Shown here piece by piece: positions 1 through 8,257 of a stretch of DNA of 27,979 nt. Numbering within the stretch: the first letter of the stretch is position 1; every line of letters begins with the position of its first letter. The notes beneath the pieces were generated by a model. That model saw only the letters and a program-made list of their open reading frames with translations, made no database searches and was not told where the DNA came from. The translations under genes and the position numbers were made by a program. The stretch comes from Promethearchaeota archaeon (GTDB lineage Archaea > Asgardarchaeota > Lokiarchaeia > Sigyniarchaeales > SOKP01). The stretch lies in the NCBI GenBank assembly GCA_016839765.1, contig JAEOTP010000080.1, positions 1-27,979 of the forward strand, read 5' to 3'.

Positions 1-41
1 AAAAAGATTCAAAATCTAACAAAACAGAAAAAGTATCTAAG

Positions 42-485
42 ATGCCTAAAAGACAAAATAATAGACCTAAAACGATAAATCAAAATAATAGGAAAGAAAT
101 GCACAAGTTCGTAAAGGCATTATTTTTCATATCAGGGATGATATGCTTAATTTTAGGAATCATTGGAATAATTTTACCTATTTTACCTACTACACCTTTT
201 CTTTTACTTGCGGTAGCCTGTTTTTTAAGAAGTTCTAAGAGATTTTATGAATGGCTCCTAAACAGTAGAATTCTTGGTTCATATATTAGAAACTATAGAG
301 AAGGAAGGGGTATGCCTAGGAAAATTAAAGCCTTTACGATTTCTATGTTATGGATAACAATTCTAATATCCTTTTTCTTAATACAAATTGCATGGGTAAG
401 GTGCATTTTGATTGTAGTCGCCATAGCTGTAACAATTCATATTATCTTAATTAGACCAAAAAATGTGAAGAAAGAAAATAATTAA
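42..485 (+). CDS. YbaN/DUF454 family inner membrane protein
   Basis: Contains the GIIGIILPILPTTPFLLLAVACFLRSS motif typical of DUF454, plus hydrophobic segments. The true start may be the ATG at 99, which follows AGGA. Confidence 0.9.
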   Translation: MPKRQNNRPKTINQNNRKEMHKFVKALFFISGMICLILGIIGIILPILPTTPFLLLAVACFLRSSKRFYEWLLNSRILGSYIRNYREGRGMPRKIKAFTISMLWITILISFFLIQIAWVRCILIVVAIAVTIHIILIRPKNVKKENN

Positions 486-798
486 ATTAATAGTATTTAA
501 GAAAATTTCTTAAACTACAACAATTTAAATCCTTTCTAATCTAAAAAATCGGTTACCAATTCTTGATTCCAAAAATCTAAAAATAAATAAGCTTTGCATT
601 TTTTCCTATATGAACATAAGAATATTTTTCAAATTGGGTTATATTTTTAATATTTGAATTCTAAAATTATAAGTCATTTTGCGAAACATTTTTCCGATTT
701 TAGGATCCATAGATAATATATATAAGATACAATTCATAATGGATTTAACAAATTGGAATTAAAATTTTAATTAAAATATAAAATAGTGTATAATATTT

Positions 799-1188
799 AT
801 GCCAAAAATGAAAAAACGTCAAGTTAAAAAAGGTAGAAAAAGCTCAGGGCCAACTGAACAGCCTGAAGTATCCCGTGTAAAAATGCCTTATAGAAGAAAT
901 GGAGAAATGTTTGCTCGAGTTACCGATATCTACGGGCAAGAAAGAATGGGAGTTTATTGCGAAGATGGAAAACATCGTATGGGACGAATTAGAGGTAAGA
1001 TTAAAAAGAGAGTATGGATAAGAAAAGGTGATTTAGTTATTGTCAATCCTTGGGAATTTGAAACCGAAATTAAAGGTCAAAAAGAAAAGTGTGAGATCTC
1101 TTGGAGATATTTAAAACATGAAATTTCTTGGTTAATCCGTAAAGATAAAATTCCTGAGAATCTAGATATGAATAGTATCACTCTTTAA
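799..1188 (+). CDS. eif1a: Translation initiation factor aIF-1A (eIF1A homologue)
   Basis: OB-fold signature CEDGKHRMGRIRGKIKKRVWIRKGDLVIVNPWE and a basic N-terminal tail. Confidence 0.95.
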   Translation: MPKMKKRQVKKGRKSSGPTEQPEVSRVKMPYRRNGEMFARVTDIYGQERMGVYCEDGKHRMGRIRGKIKKRVWIRKGDLVIVNPWEFETEIKGQKEKCEISWRYLKHEISWLIRKDKIPENLDMNSITL

Positions 1189-1271
1189 AAATTTTTTTCA
1201 AAAATTGAATGTATATTGTACTTTCAAATTAACTTATCTAAAAGTAGCTAAAAAAATAAAATAAAAAAAAA

Positions 1272-1340
1272 GATAAGTTTCGATAACAATTGTAAAAAGT
1301 TCTTTTTACTAAAAATTATTTACTACTTATGTTTATTTGT
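1272..1340 (-). terminator. Conserved structured 3' element of csp copy 1, followed by a poly-U tract
   Basis: The mRNA strand can fold AUAAGU/ACUUAU, AAUAAU/AUUGUU and GUAAAAAG/CUUUUUAC, followed by a long U run. A paralogous copy lies at 1787-1853. Confidence 0.6.
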
Positions 1341-1371
1341 TCTTTTGTGAGATTTATAATCCTGGTTCAGC

Positions 1372-1632
1372 TTAAATACGAAATCCTCGACTGTATTCGG
1401 ATTTAGGGGCTTTTTCGGTAACCACAACATCACTAGCCTGTGGACCTTTTTGCCCTTCAGTAATGTTAAATTCAACTTTATCATTTTCATTAAGGGTTTT
1501 GTATTCCTCATCACGCCCACTTAACGCGGAATAATGTACAAATACATCAGTTCCCTCCTCAGAACTTATAAATCCATAGCCTTTACGGCTATTAAACCAT
1601 TTTACTGTTCCTTTTACCAATTTAAAAACCAA
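1372..1632 (-). CDS. csp: Cold-shock domain protein (CspA family), copy 1
   Basis: RNP1 (KGYGFI), RNP2 (VFVH), GTVKWFN and GQKGPQA motifs. TTG start at 1632 or 1620. Confidence 0.95.
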   Translation of the reverse strand: MVFKLVKGTVKWFNSRKGYGFISSEEGTDVFVHYSALSGRDEEYKTLNENDKVEFNITEGQKGPQASDVVVTEKAPKSEYSRGFRI

Positions 1633-1786
1633 TTTTCCAATTTTTAAATAAATCTTTCATTAAGAAAGATACATTATCAATATGTATTCAAAGGTAATAA
1701 ATTTTGGGTTTATCAGTTTTTCCAAAATAAGATTATTTGAAAAAAGGTAATTAGAAGGATTTCCATTTTTATAATAATAAAAAAAT

Positions 1787-1853
1787 GATAAGTTTTGATA
1801 ATAATCGTAAAAAAGATTTTACTACTTATTATTTGCTACTTATACTTATTTGT
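1787..1853 (-). terminator. Conserved structured 3' element of csp copy 2, followed by a poly-U tract
   Basis: Same architecture as 1272-1340: AUAAGU/ACUUAU, AAUAAU/AUUAUU and GUAAAA/UUUUAC, then a U run. Confidence 0.6.
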
Positions 1854-1885
1854 TAATTTTTATTGAAACACAATACACAACAGAT

Positions 1886-2146
1886 TTAATAGAACCTATT
1901 TTGTGCTTTATATTGTTGAGGTGCTCTTTCAGTAACAACAACGTTACTCGCTTGTGGACCTTTTTGACCTTCGGTAATATCAAATTCAACCTTGTCGTTT
2001 TCATTTAAAGATTTGAATTCATCCCCTTGTGCTTGTATTGCTGAGAAGTGAACAAATACATCAGTTCCTTCTTCAGAGGTTATGAATCCATAGCCTTTAC
2101 GGCTATTAAACCATTTTACTGTTCCTTTTACCAATTTTAAAACCAA
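1886..2146 (-). CDS. csp: Cold-shock domain protein (CspA family), copy 2
   Basis: Close paralog of 1372-1632 with RNP1/RNP2 motifs. TTG start at 2146 or 2134. Confidence 0.95.
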   Translation of the reverse strand: MVLKLVKGTVKWFNSRKGYGFITSEEGTDVFVHFSAIQAQGDEFKSLNENDKVEFDITEGQKGPQASNVVVTERAPQQYKAQNRFY

Positions 2147-2513
2147 ATTTCTACTTATTTTATAAATTTATTAAAGTTCTAATAGAACTATTTTTAAAAA
2201 GGAATTAAAGCAATTAAATTTTTACTTTTATGGGATATATAAAAATTAGTTCCTTGCGGAGAAATGATAAGAGATTAAAAATTTAGATTTTAATTTGAGT
2301 CCAATCTTGCTCCTCAGAAGAAGATAACCATTTTTCTCCCAACACGTCTTGAACAGCTTTAATTAGAATTTCCTCTCTTTATTCTAAAAGTTAGAATTTT
2401 TTATTTTTGTTTTCATATTTTCAACTATTATTTCTGCAGTTTATTTTGCTTTTTTCCCAATTTTTTTCTTAAAATAACTAAACAAATTTATTTTTTTATA
2501 ATTTCTATATTAT

Positions 2514-3425
2514 ATGGATAAAATTGATCTTAAGATTATTCTACTTTTATTTAACAATTCAAGATTAACATATAGAGAGATTTCAGACCATTTAGGGTTA
2601 TCAGTTAATGCTGTATATAAAAGAGTACAGATACTTATAGATTTAAAAATCATAGAAAAATTTTCCGCAAAATTGAAATCTTATGCAATTAATGCGATTT
2701 ATGCATTTGTTTTTGGACAATGTAATGCTCAAGATATAGATAAGGCAATATCAGAATTGGGTAAACATGAGAACACATGGCAGATTATATTATCAAGTAG
2801 AAATTATATGTATATAGGAGCTATGTTAGAAACAATTCATCAATTAGATGAGTATTCCTCGTTTGTTTCCCAAACGGTTGAAATCCAATCTCCAAAAATT
2901 GGACTGCTTTCTGGGGTACAATATACTGCTCCAATTCCCTATATTGTTCCAAAGTCTAGATCAATGAACTATGATAAACTAGATTTAGAAATTATTCGAT
3001 CACTCAATAAAGACTCACGGAAACCTATTTCGGAAATAGCAGATGATGTTAATAGCACTTCAAGTACTATTCGCCGTCGCCTAACTAGAATGATTGAAGA
3101 AGGAATAATTGAATTATCTATAGATTTCAATCCTGAAGCTTCGAATGATATATTCGCCTTATTTCAGATAACGATAAATCCTATGGTGGATAAGAATGAA
3201 TTTGCCAAGTATTTGAATGAAAATTTTCACCCGAACCTCTTTTTTTGTTGGACGTTTAGTAATCTACCAAACCTAATTTTATGTTGGGTATGGGCCAATA
3301 CTATGAAAGAGTTAACTGAATTGGTTGAGAACATAAAAAAAGAAAACATTGACTCAATCATCATTGATATAATGTATAAAGTCTTTTATTTTGACACTTG
3401 GAAAGAAAAACTGATATTTAAATAA
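2514..3425 (+). CDS. Tandem (two-unit) Lrp/AsnC-family transcriptional regulator
   Basis: Two HTH units: DKIDLKIILLLFNNSRLTYREISDHLGLS and DKLDLEIIRSLNKDSRKPISEIADDVNST. Confidence 0.85.
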   Translation: MDKIDLKIILLLFNNSRLTYREISDHLGLSVNAVYKRVQILIDLKIIEKFSAKLKSYAINAIYAFVFGQCNAQDIDKAISELGKHENTWQIILSSRNYMYIGAMLETIHQLDEYSSFVSQTVEIQSPKIGLLSGVQYTAPIPYIVPKSRSMNYDKLDLEIIRSLNKDSRKPISEIADDVNSTSSTIRRRLTRMIEEGIIELSIDFNPEASNDIFALFQITINPMVDKNEFAKYLNENFHPNLFFCWTFSNLPNLILCWVWANTMKELTELVENIKKENIDSIIIDIMYKVFYFDTWKEKLIFK

Positions 3426-3458
3426 AAATAAAAATTTTTAATTAAAGAATAGAGTGAC

Positions 3459-4298
3459 TTAAATTACGCATATTAGAATATATAGTGATGCCCTTATCAA
3501 ATGAATTATATAAGTCGTGACCACAGAGAAGAAAACTACTTTCCGCGAAAACAATTTTCTTAATTTAAATGTTTGGCCTAAATATGGTCCCTTTATCCAT
3601 AAAATTAAGCTTACTATGCTTGTTAAGCCTGATATCACAAGTTCTAATAAGAGCATAAACCAAGAAAAAAATGGGTTTAATGCGCTTAAGCAATCTCCAC
3701 CAGCACTTATAAGAGTGATTGCCCGAATAAAGAAAAAGAGGGGGCCACCTCCTAAAAGAAGCCACTGTAATCGATTCCAACGCAAGAGTACATTTTCCAT
3801 TTTAGGCAATCCATGTTTGTTTTCATGAGATTGCTCTTTCATATCGTTATTCAATTTCTCTGCGATATTTAATCCAATATTTTCCATTTTGTTTAAACTA
3901 TTTTCTTTCAAAGGGCCCTCTTTGTCGATCACTAAACCCGTAATGGTTGAATGTATAATTTCAATTTTCATTTTTTTTAAATACCTTATGATCCGCTTGG
4001 CTGCTGATCCTGCTAATTGAAAATCAGCTTTGGTTTCAAATGCAAATCCTTGTTTATTTTCCATCTTAAGATGCTTAATTTTTGATAAAAATGATTTCAT
4101 TGCCTTTGATGCTCCATGAAAATGAGTAGGCCCTCCGATTCCAATTACATCATAATTTTTGAGTTCTATTGTATCGAAATCTTGAATAGAGTTGCTATCT
4201 ACATAGACGCCTCCTGCTTCTAATCCACGACTCAATGACATTGCTACTTTCTTTGTATTTCCATATATAGAATCATATAAAATTAGAGCTTTTTTCAT
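3459..4298 (-). CDS. Flavodoxin-like domain fused to a C-terminal domain with about three transmembrane helices
   Basis: FMN P-loop YDSIYGNT and YDVIGIGGPT; hydrophobic stretches after about residue 175. Confidence 0.8.
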   Translation of the reverse strand: MKKALILYDSIYGNTKKVAMSLSRGLEAGGVYVDSNSIQDFDTIELKNYDVIGIGGPTHFHGASKAMKSFLSKIKHLKMENKQGFAFETKADFQLAGSAAKRIIRYLKKMKIEIIHSTITGLVIDKEGPLKENSLNKMENIGLNIAEKLNNDMKEQSHENKHGLPKMENVLLRWNRLQWLLLGGGPLFFFIRAITLISAGGDCLSALNPFFSWFMLLLELVISGLTSIVSLILWIKGPYLGQTFKLRKLFSRKVVFFSVVTTYIIHLIRASLYILICVI

Positions 4299-4492
4299 AC
4301 TTTTCCCTCACTTTTTAACATTTGAACCATTTCATAATTTTTCCGGTAAAATAATTTCGTAAAAAATCCATACTCACGTTTACAAAAAGGTAAACTGTTT
4401 GAAGCTGAATGATAAGTGTTACATTCTTCACAATTTCCATGATTTGAACATCCTGTTTTAGGGCAGGGGCAATTAAAACTAATTAATATCAC
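4295..4492 (-). CDS. Small Cys/His-rich putative metal-binding protein (DUF6485-like)
   Basis: CxCx3Cx2HGxCx2Cx3H...LPxC pattern; ATGA overlap with the flavodoxin gene; SD-like GAGGTGA at 4495-4489. Confidence 0.75.
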   Translation of the reverse strand: MILISFNCPCPKTGCSNHGNCEECNTYHSASNSLPFCKREYGFFTKLFYRKNYEMVQMLKSEGKV

Positions 4493-4774
4493 CTCATTTT
4501 TATTTAATTTAGGTATAGGATGCTGCTAGATATAATTCTATGTCCATGATAGAGTGATTAAATTAACTTATTTCAGTATTAAATTTAATTAAATCTTCAA
4601 CTACTTGGTTGAAAAATGAACTATTAAACCCATATTTTTTTAACTCTTTAATTTAAAATCTTCTATCCTCTAAGGTCTAATATTATTACTTTATTCAATT
4701 CTCAGTGTACATGGATATATATGAGGATAATTAAGTTTAATTAATTAACTCAAAACTATATTGGGTGTAAATAA

Positions 4775-5101
4775 TTGGAAAAAAATAAAAAATCAGTTAA
4801 ATTTATATTGAAAACAATAATCAAATCATTTTTTTTGCTATTGTACGTGATCTTTTTAGGTGGATTGATAATAGGCGGTATATCTTCAGGTATTATGACC
4901 TTAATGCCTGATAATGCAAGCAAACCGTGTTATTTAGGATATTACGCACACTGTTCGTTTACGCCTTTTAGTACATTAATTTTATTTGCGATGACAATAA
5001 TAGGAACAATTCTCCTAATTAAACTAATAAAATACCTTAAAAGAAAGCATAAAAGGGCTATTGAAAACAAACCAATACTAAAAACTTTAATAAAAAAGTA
5101 A
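4775..5101 (+). CDS. Small two-TM membrane protein with a Cys-containing loop (ASKPCYLGYYAHCSFTP)
   Basis: Two hydrophobic helices, basic termini, TTG start after GGGTG. Confidence 0.75.
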   Translation: MEKNKKSVKFILKTIIKSFFLLLYVIFLGGLIIGGISSGIMTLMPDNASKPCYLGYYAHCSFTPFSTLILFAMTIIGTILLIKLIKYLKRKHKRAIENKPILKTLIKK

Positions 5102-5301
5102 AAACAAATAACTTACTTCTTTTCTTTTTTTTGTATTCGCAAGAAAATGTGATTAAATTTTTTAAAAAAATAACTTCCAGTAAGCATTCAATTACAATTT
5201 TAGTTTATTAAAAATTTTAAAAGATTATTTATAGATCTTAATTTAATATATTTTAAACTTAAAAAATATAGTCAACTCACTATTTAAAAGGAGAGTAGAG
5301 A

Positions 5302-5856
5302 ATGTTTTTAGAAAAATTAAAGGAATTTCCAAAAAATTTATACGTTTTAATTATTACAATTATAGGCTTTTTGATTTTTATTCTGACTACTACACTAGTT
5401 TTTGCGTCTATAAATCAGATGGTGCCACCCCCCTATGGAATTTTAGATTTCGAATTCGCATGGGTACCAGAACAAGTTCTCATAATTTTTGCCTCATGGG
5501 GGTCTTCTGGAATGGCAGCAGAAACCTTAGCAATCTATTGGGACTTTTTATACATTGTAGGTTATGGATCTTTTATTTTTGGAGCTATTTTGCTTGTTAC
5601 AAGAAAATTAGAGGAGAAACTTCAAAAAATCGGCCTGTGGATGACCTTAGCTCCTATCCTCGCAGGGATTTTTGATATTATAGAAAATATCAATTTACTA
5701 GTCATGTTAGATATGGCTCCCACATTTTCATCATTTGTACCATTTATAGCCTCTTTAATGGCTTTAATTAAATTTAGCGTACTTATTTTAGGGATAGTTT
5801 TCTTTTTTGTGGCACTAGTTATTGTAATAATAAAACTAATTAGAAAAAGAGATTAA
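5302..5856 (+). CDS. Hypothetical four-TM membrane protein
   Basis: AGGAG upstream of the ATG; four hydrophobic segments; DFLYIVGY and FDIIEN motifs. Confidence 0.8.
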   Translation: MFLEKLKEFPKNLYVLIITIIGFLIFILTTTLVFASINQMVPPPYGILDFEFAWVPEQVLIIFASWGSSGMAAETLAIYWDFLYIVGYGSFIFGAILLVTRKLEEKLQKIGLWMTLAPILAGIFDIIENINLLVMLDMAPTFSSFVPFIASLMALIKFSVLILGIVFFFVALVIVIIKLIRKRD

Positions 5857-5924
5857 TTAATCTTTTTTATTTTTAATTTTAACCCTAACTACATTAAAGT
5901 AATAGCTTGAAAAATTGAATTTAA

Positions 5925-6251
5925 ATGGAAAAAAAGAATAATAAGTCAAAATTGAATAGTGAAGAATTGAAAGAATTCTATGTAAAAACAAAAAATATCG
6001 ATAAAAAACTAGATCATGGCCGAGCTTATAGAACTCTTATTAATCCAATTAGAAGAGAGATACTAAAATTTATTGGGTATAACATTAAAACTATGAAAGA
6101 GATAAAAAGTGAATTTAAGTTTGACGAAACTCAATTAAATTACCATCTTAATATGCTCAAACAAACATTTTATGTTTTAGATTCGAATGAAGGCTGGAAA
6201 CTAACTCCAAGAGGAATTGGTTTTCTAGAAAATGCAAGATTAGAAATGTAA
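5925..6251 (+). CDS. ArsR-like winged-helix protein
   Basis: NPIRREILKFI...LNYHLNML...WKLTPRG wHTH pattern. Confidence 0.75.
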   Translation: MEKKNNKSKLNSEELKEFYVKTKNIDKKLDHGRAYRTLINPIRREILKFIGYNIKTMKEIKSEFKFDETQLNYHLNMLKQTFYVLDSNEGWKLTPRGIGFLENARLEM

Positions 6252-7403
6252 TCAGAAGAGTGGGTACTTTCCATATTCTTTTGCTGCTCCAATCATCCAA
6301 CTTAGGCGATCAACCGATATACCTGGATGAAAATTCGCGGGAGATAACATATATCCACCGCCATGTCCAAGAGCCTTAATAGCATTTTTCACAGCATCCT
6401 CAACTTCCTGTTTAGTAGCATCAACCAAAATATGACGTGTATCAATATTTCCTGATAAGCATAATTTATTACCAATTTTTTTCTTAACCAGATAGGGATC
6501 GACAAGAGGTGGTTCTAAACACTGAAGCCCATCAAATCTAGATTCAACAATGAAATCCAAAAGAGTTGTAATATCTCCATCTGTATGTAATATAAATTTT
6601 CCACCCCATTCATGGATTGCGTCTGCTACTTCTTGATAGCATGGTAATAAATACTTATAGAAATACTTTGGATTAATCATTGGACCTCCACTATGTGCGA
6701 TATCTCCCCCTTCAAGAAAAACTTTCGCTCCACAATCAGAATAAGCTTTAAAAATTGTTAAAACATAGTCAGTAGTAAATCGAAATCGTTCTTCAATTAA
6801 TTTAGGGTCATTTTTTAATGCACGAGCGAAGTAGTTCATTCCCATACCTTGCCAAACAGGCGGAAAAATAGAAGTAAGAGCATCTTGAGCAATAATATAG
6901 ATGTCATCTTTAATATCACGACACTTTCGTAAAACTCCTTTATAAAATTTTTTAGCTCTTTTATATTCTTCTTTCAAATCGGGTTTAGGATATGCTTCCC
7001 AATCTTCTCGATTTTTAATATACCCTCCATAGTAATCTGGATACGGATTTCCATCTATATTCTTTATTCTATGTCTTTTCCCAAAAATATCAGTCATTTC
7101 AGTTTTACTTTCGATGATAAATGGTATATAATGAATGCCGACTCCATCAAATCCTAGTTCATAAGCTGCTCTGACACATTTCGCGAAAACAGATATTTCA
7201 ATATCATCGAGGATTGAATTTATTCTATCCAACCATTCATCTGAATATTTTTTTTCCATCTCATCAAAAATATCAAACGCGTTTCTTTCTGGTTTACCAA
7301 TAACTTGATCAGCTACATTACCATCGAATTGTATTGTATGAATGGGAATTCTATCTGGTTCTTCTAGATTTAGAGCTGTCCAAATACGTTCAAAATTATT
7401 CAT
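6252..7403 (-). CDS. Uroporphyrinogen decarboxylase (URO-D/MtaA-like) family protein
   Basis: EEPDRIP N-terminus, GDIAHSGGPMINP, LHTDG, GNIDT and GGGYMLS motifs. It lacks the HxC zinc motif of MtaA-type enzymes. Confidence 0.85.
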   Translation of the reverse strand: MNNFERIWTALNLEEPDRIPIHTIQFDGNVADQVIGKPERNAFDIFDEMEKKYSDEWLDRINSILDDIEISVFAKCVRAAYELGFDGVGIHYIPFIIESKTEMTDIFGKRHRIKNIDGNPYPDYYGGYIKNREDWEAYPKPDLKEEYKRAKKFYKGVLRKCRDIKDDIYIIAQDALTSIFPPVWQGMGMNYFARALKNDPKLIEERFRFTTDYVLTIFKAYSDCGAKVFLEGGDIAHSGGPMINPKYFYKYLLPCYQEVADAIHEWGGKFILHTDGDITTLLDFIVESRFDGLQCLEPPLVDPYLVKKKIGNKLCLSGNIDTRHILVDATKQEVEDAVKNAIKALGHGGGYMLSPANFHPGISVDRLSWMIGAAKEYGKYPLF

Positions 7404-7495
7404 AAAATATAAACCAAAATCTCAAAATAATTGAGTTATATTTATTAAAACAGAGAAATAAATTTTAAGAAAAGTAACTTTATTGAGTAATTGCA

Positions 7496-8257
7496 GTGCA
7501 GATTAAAAGTACTTTAGAAAGACTTAGAAATTTCTTGGATTCCCAAATTCAAAATGGAGTAAAAGTAAAGGTTTATACCAGAAAAGATGATCAACTGAAT
7601 TACTTTAGAGAAATTAATATAGGGGTAAAATATGAAGAATTCAAAGAAATAATCCTTCAAGAGGAAACTAAATTAGAATTGGGAGGCGTAGATCAAAAAT
7701 CCTTTTCTCTTGTTTATCCAATAGAAGAGTTAGACTTAGTAAATAATGGAAAAATACTATTAATTGGCCCTGAAATCAAAGAAATATCGAATAAAACTGT
7801 AGATTTTGGATTATTTTTATTAATTGGAGTTGATAATCTTCCAGAAAATTCTTTTGATGAATTGAAGAATCTTAATTTTATTTCAAATGGAATTGAAGGC
7901 TTTATGATTCGGACTATACCAAGAAGATTTTGGTGTAGGTTAACTAAATCTATTATTAGCAAATTTTCTTTTGAATTCCTAGGTAATGCCATAATGTTTC
8001 TATATCAGCAGAAATTCAAGGACATTATTAAGTCCATGGAAATAATATTTATAAACTCAAATCCAGAATTAATAGATTCTTTTATTGACATGAGCTCATC
8101 GATTAGATTGGATATAGAACAAAAGTGGAGGAAAAAAGTAAAAGAATGGAAGAGAAGAGTTGACTGTGACTATGATTGGGATTGCAATGAATGTCCCTAT
8201 TATGATATATGTGAAGATGTTAAAGAAGTATTAGGGAAAAGAGAGGGGTTAGATTAA
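7496..8257 (+). CDS. Short acetyl-CoA synthase beta-subunit (AcsB/CdhC)-like protein with a C-terminal four-Cys motif
   Basis: ETKLELGG, IxLIGPEI and WCRLTK resemble a CdhC segment; C-terminal CDYDWDCNECPYYDIC; adjacent to cooC. Family assignment is from recalled motifs, not a search. Confidence 0.65.
   Translation: MQIKSTLERLRNFLDSQIQNGVKVKVYTRKDDQLNYFREINIGVKYEEFKEIILQEETKLELGGVDQKSFSLVYPIEELDLVNNGKILLIGPEIKEISNKTVDFGLFLLIGVDNLPENSFDELKNLNFISNGIEGFMIRTIPRRFWCRLTKSIISKFSFEFLGNAIMFLYQQKFKDIIKSMEIIFINSNPELIDSFIDMSSSIRLDIEQKWRKKVKEWKRRVDCDYDWDCNECPYYDICEDVKEVLGKREGLD

Noticed and set aside
1272-1853. SECIS or K-turn interpretation of the csp 3' element
   Set aside because: The csp genes have no in-frame TGA, and tandem GA pairs are not conserved between the two copies.
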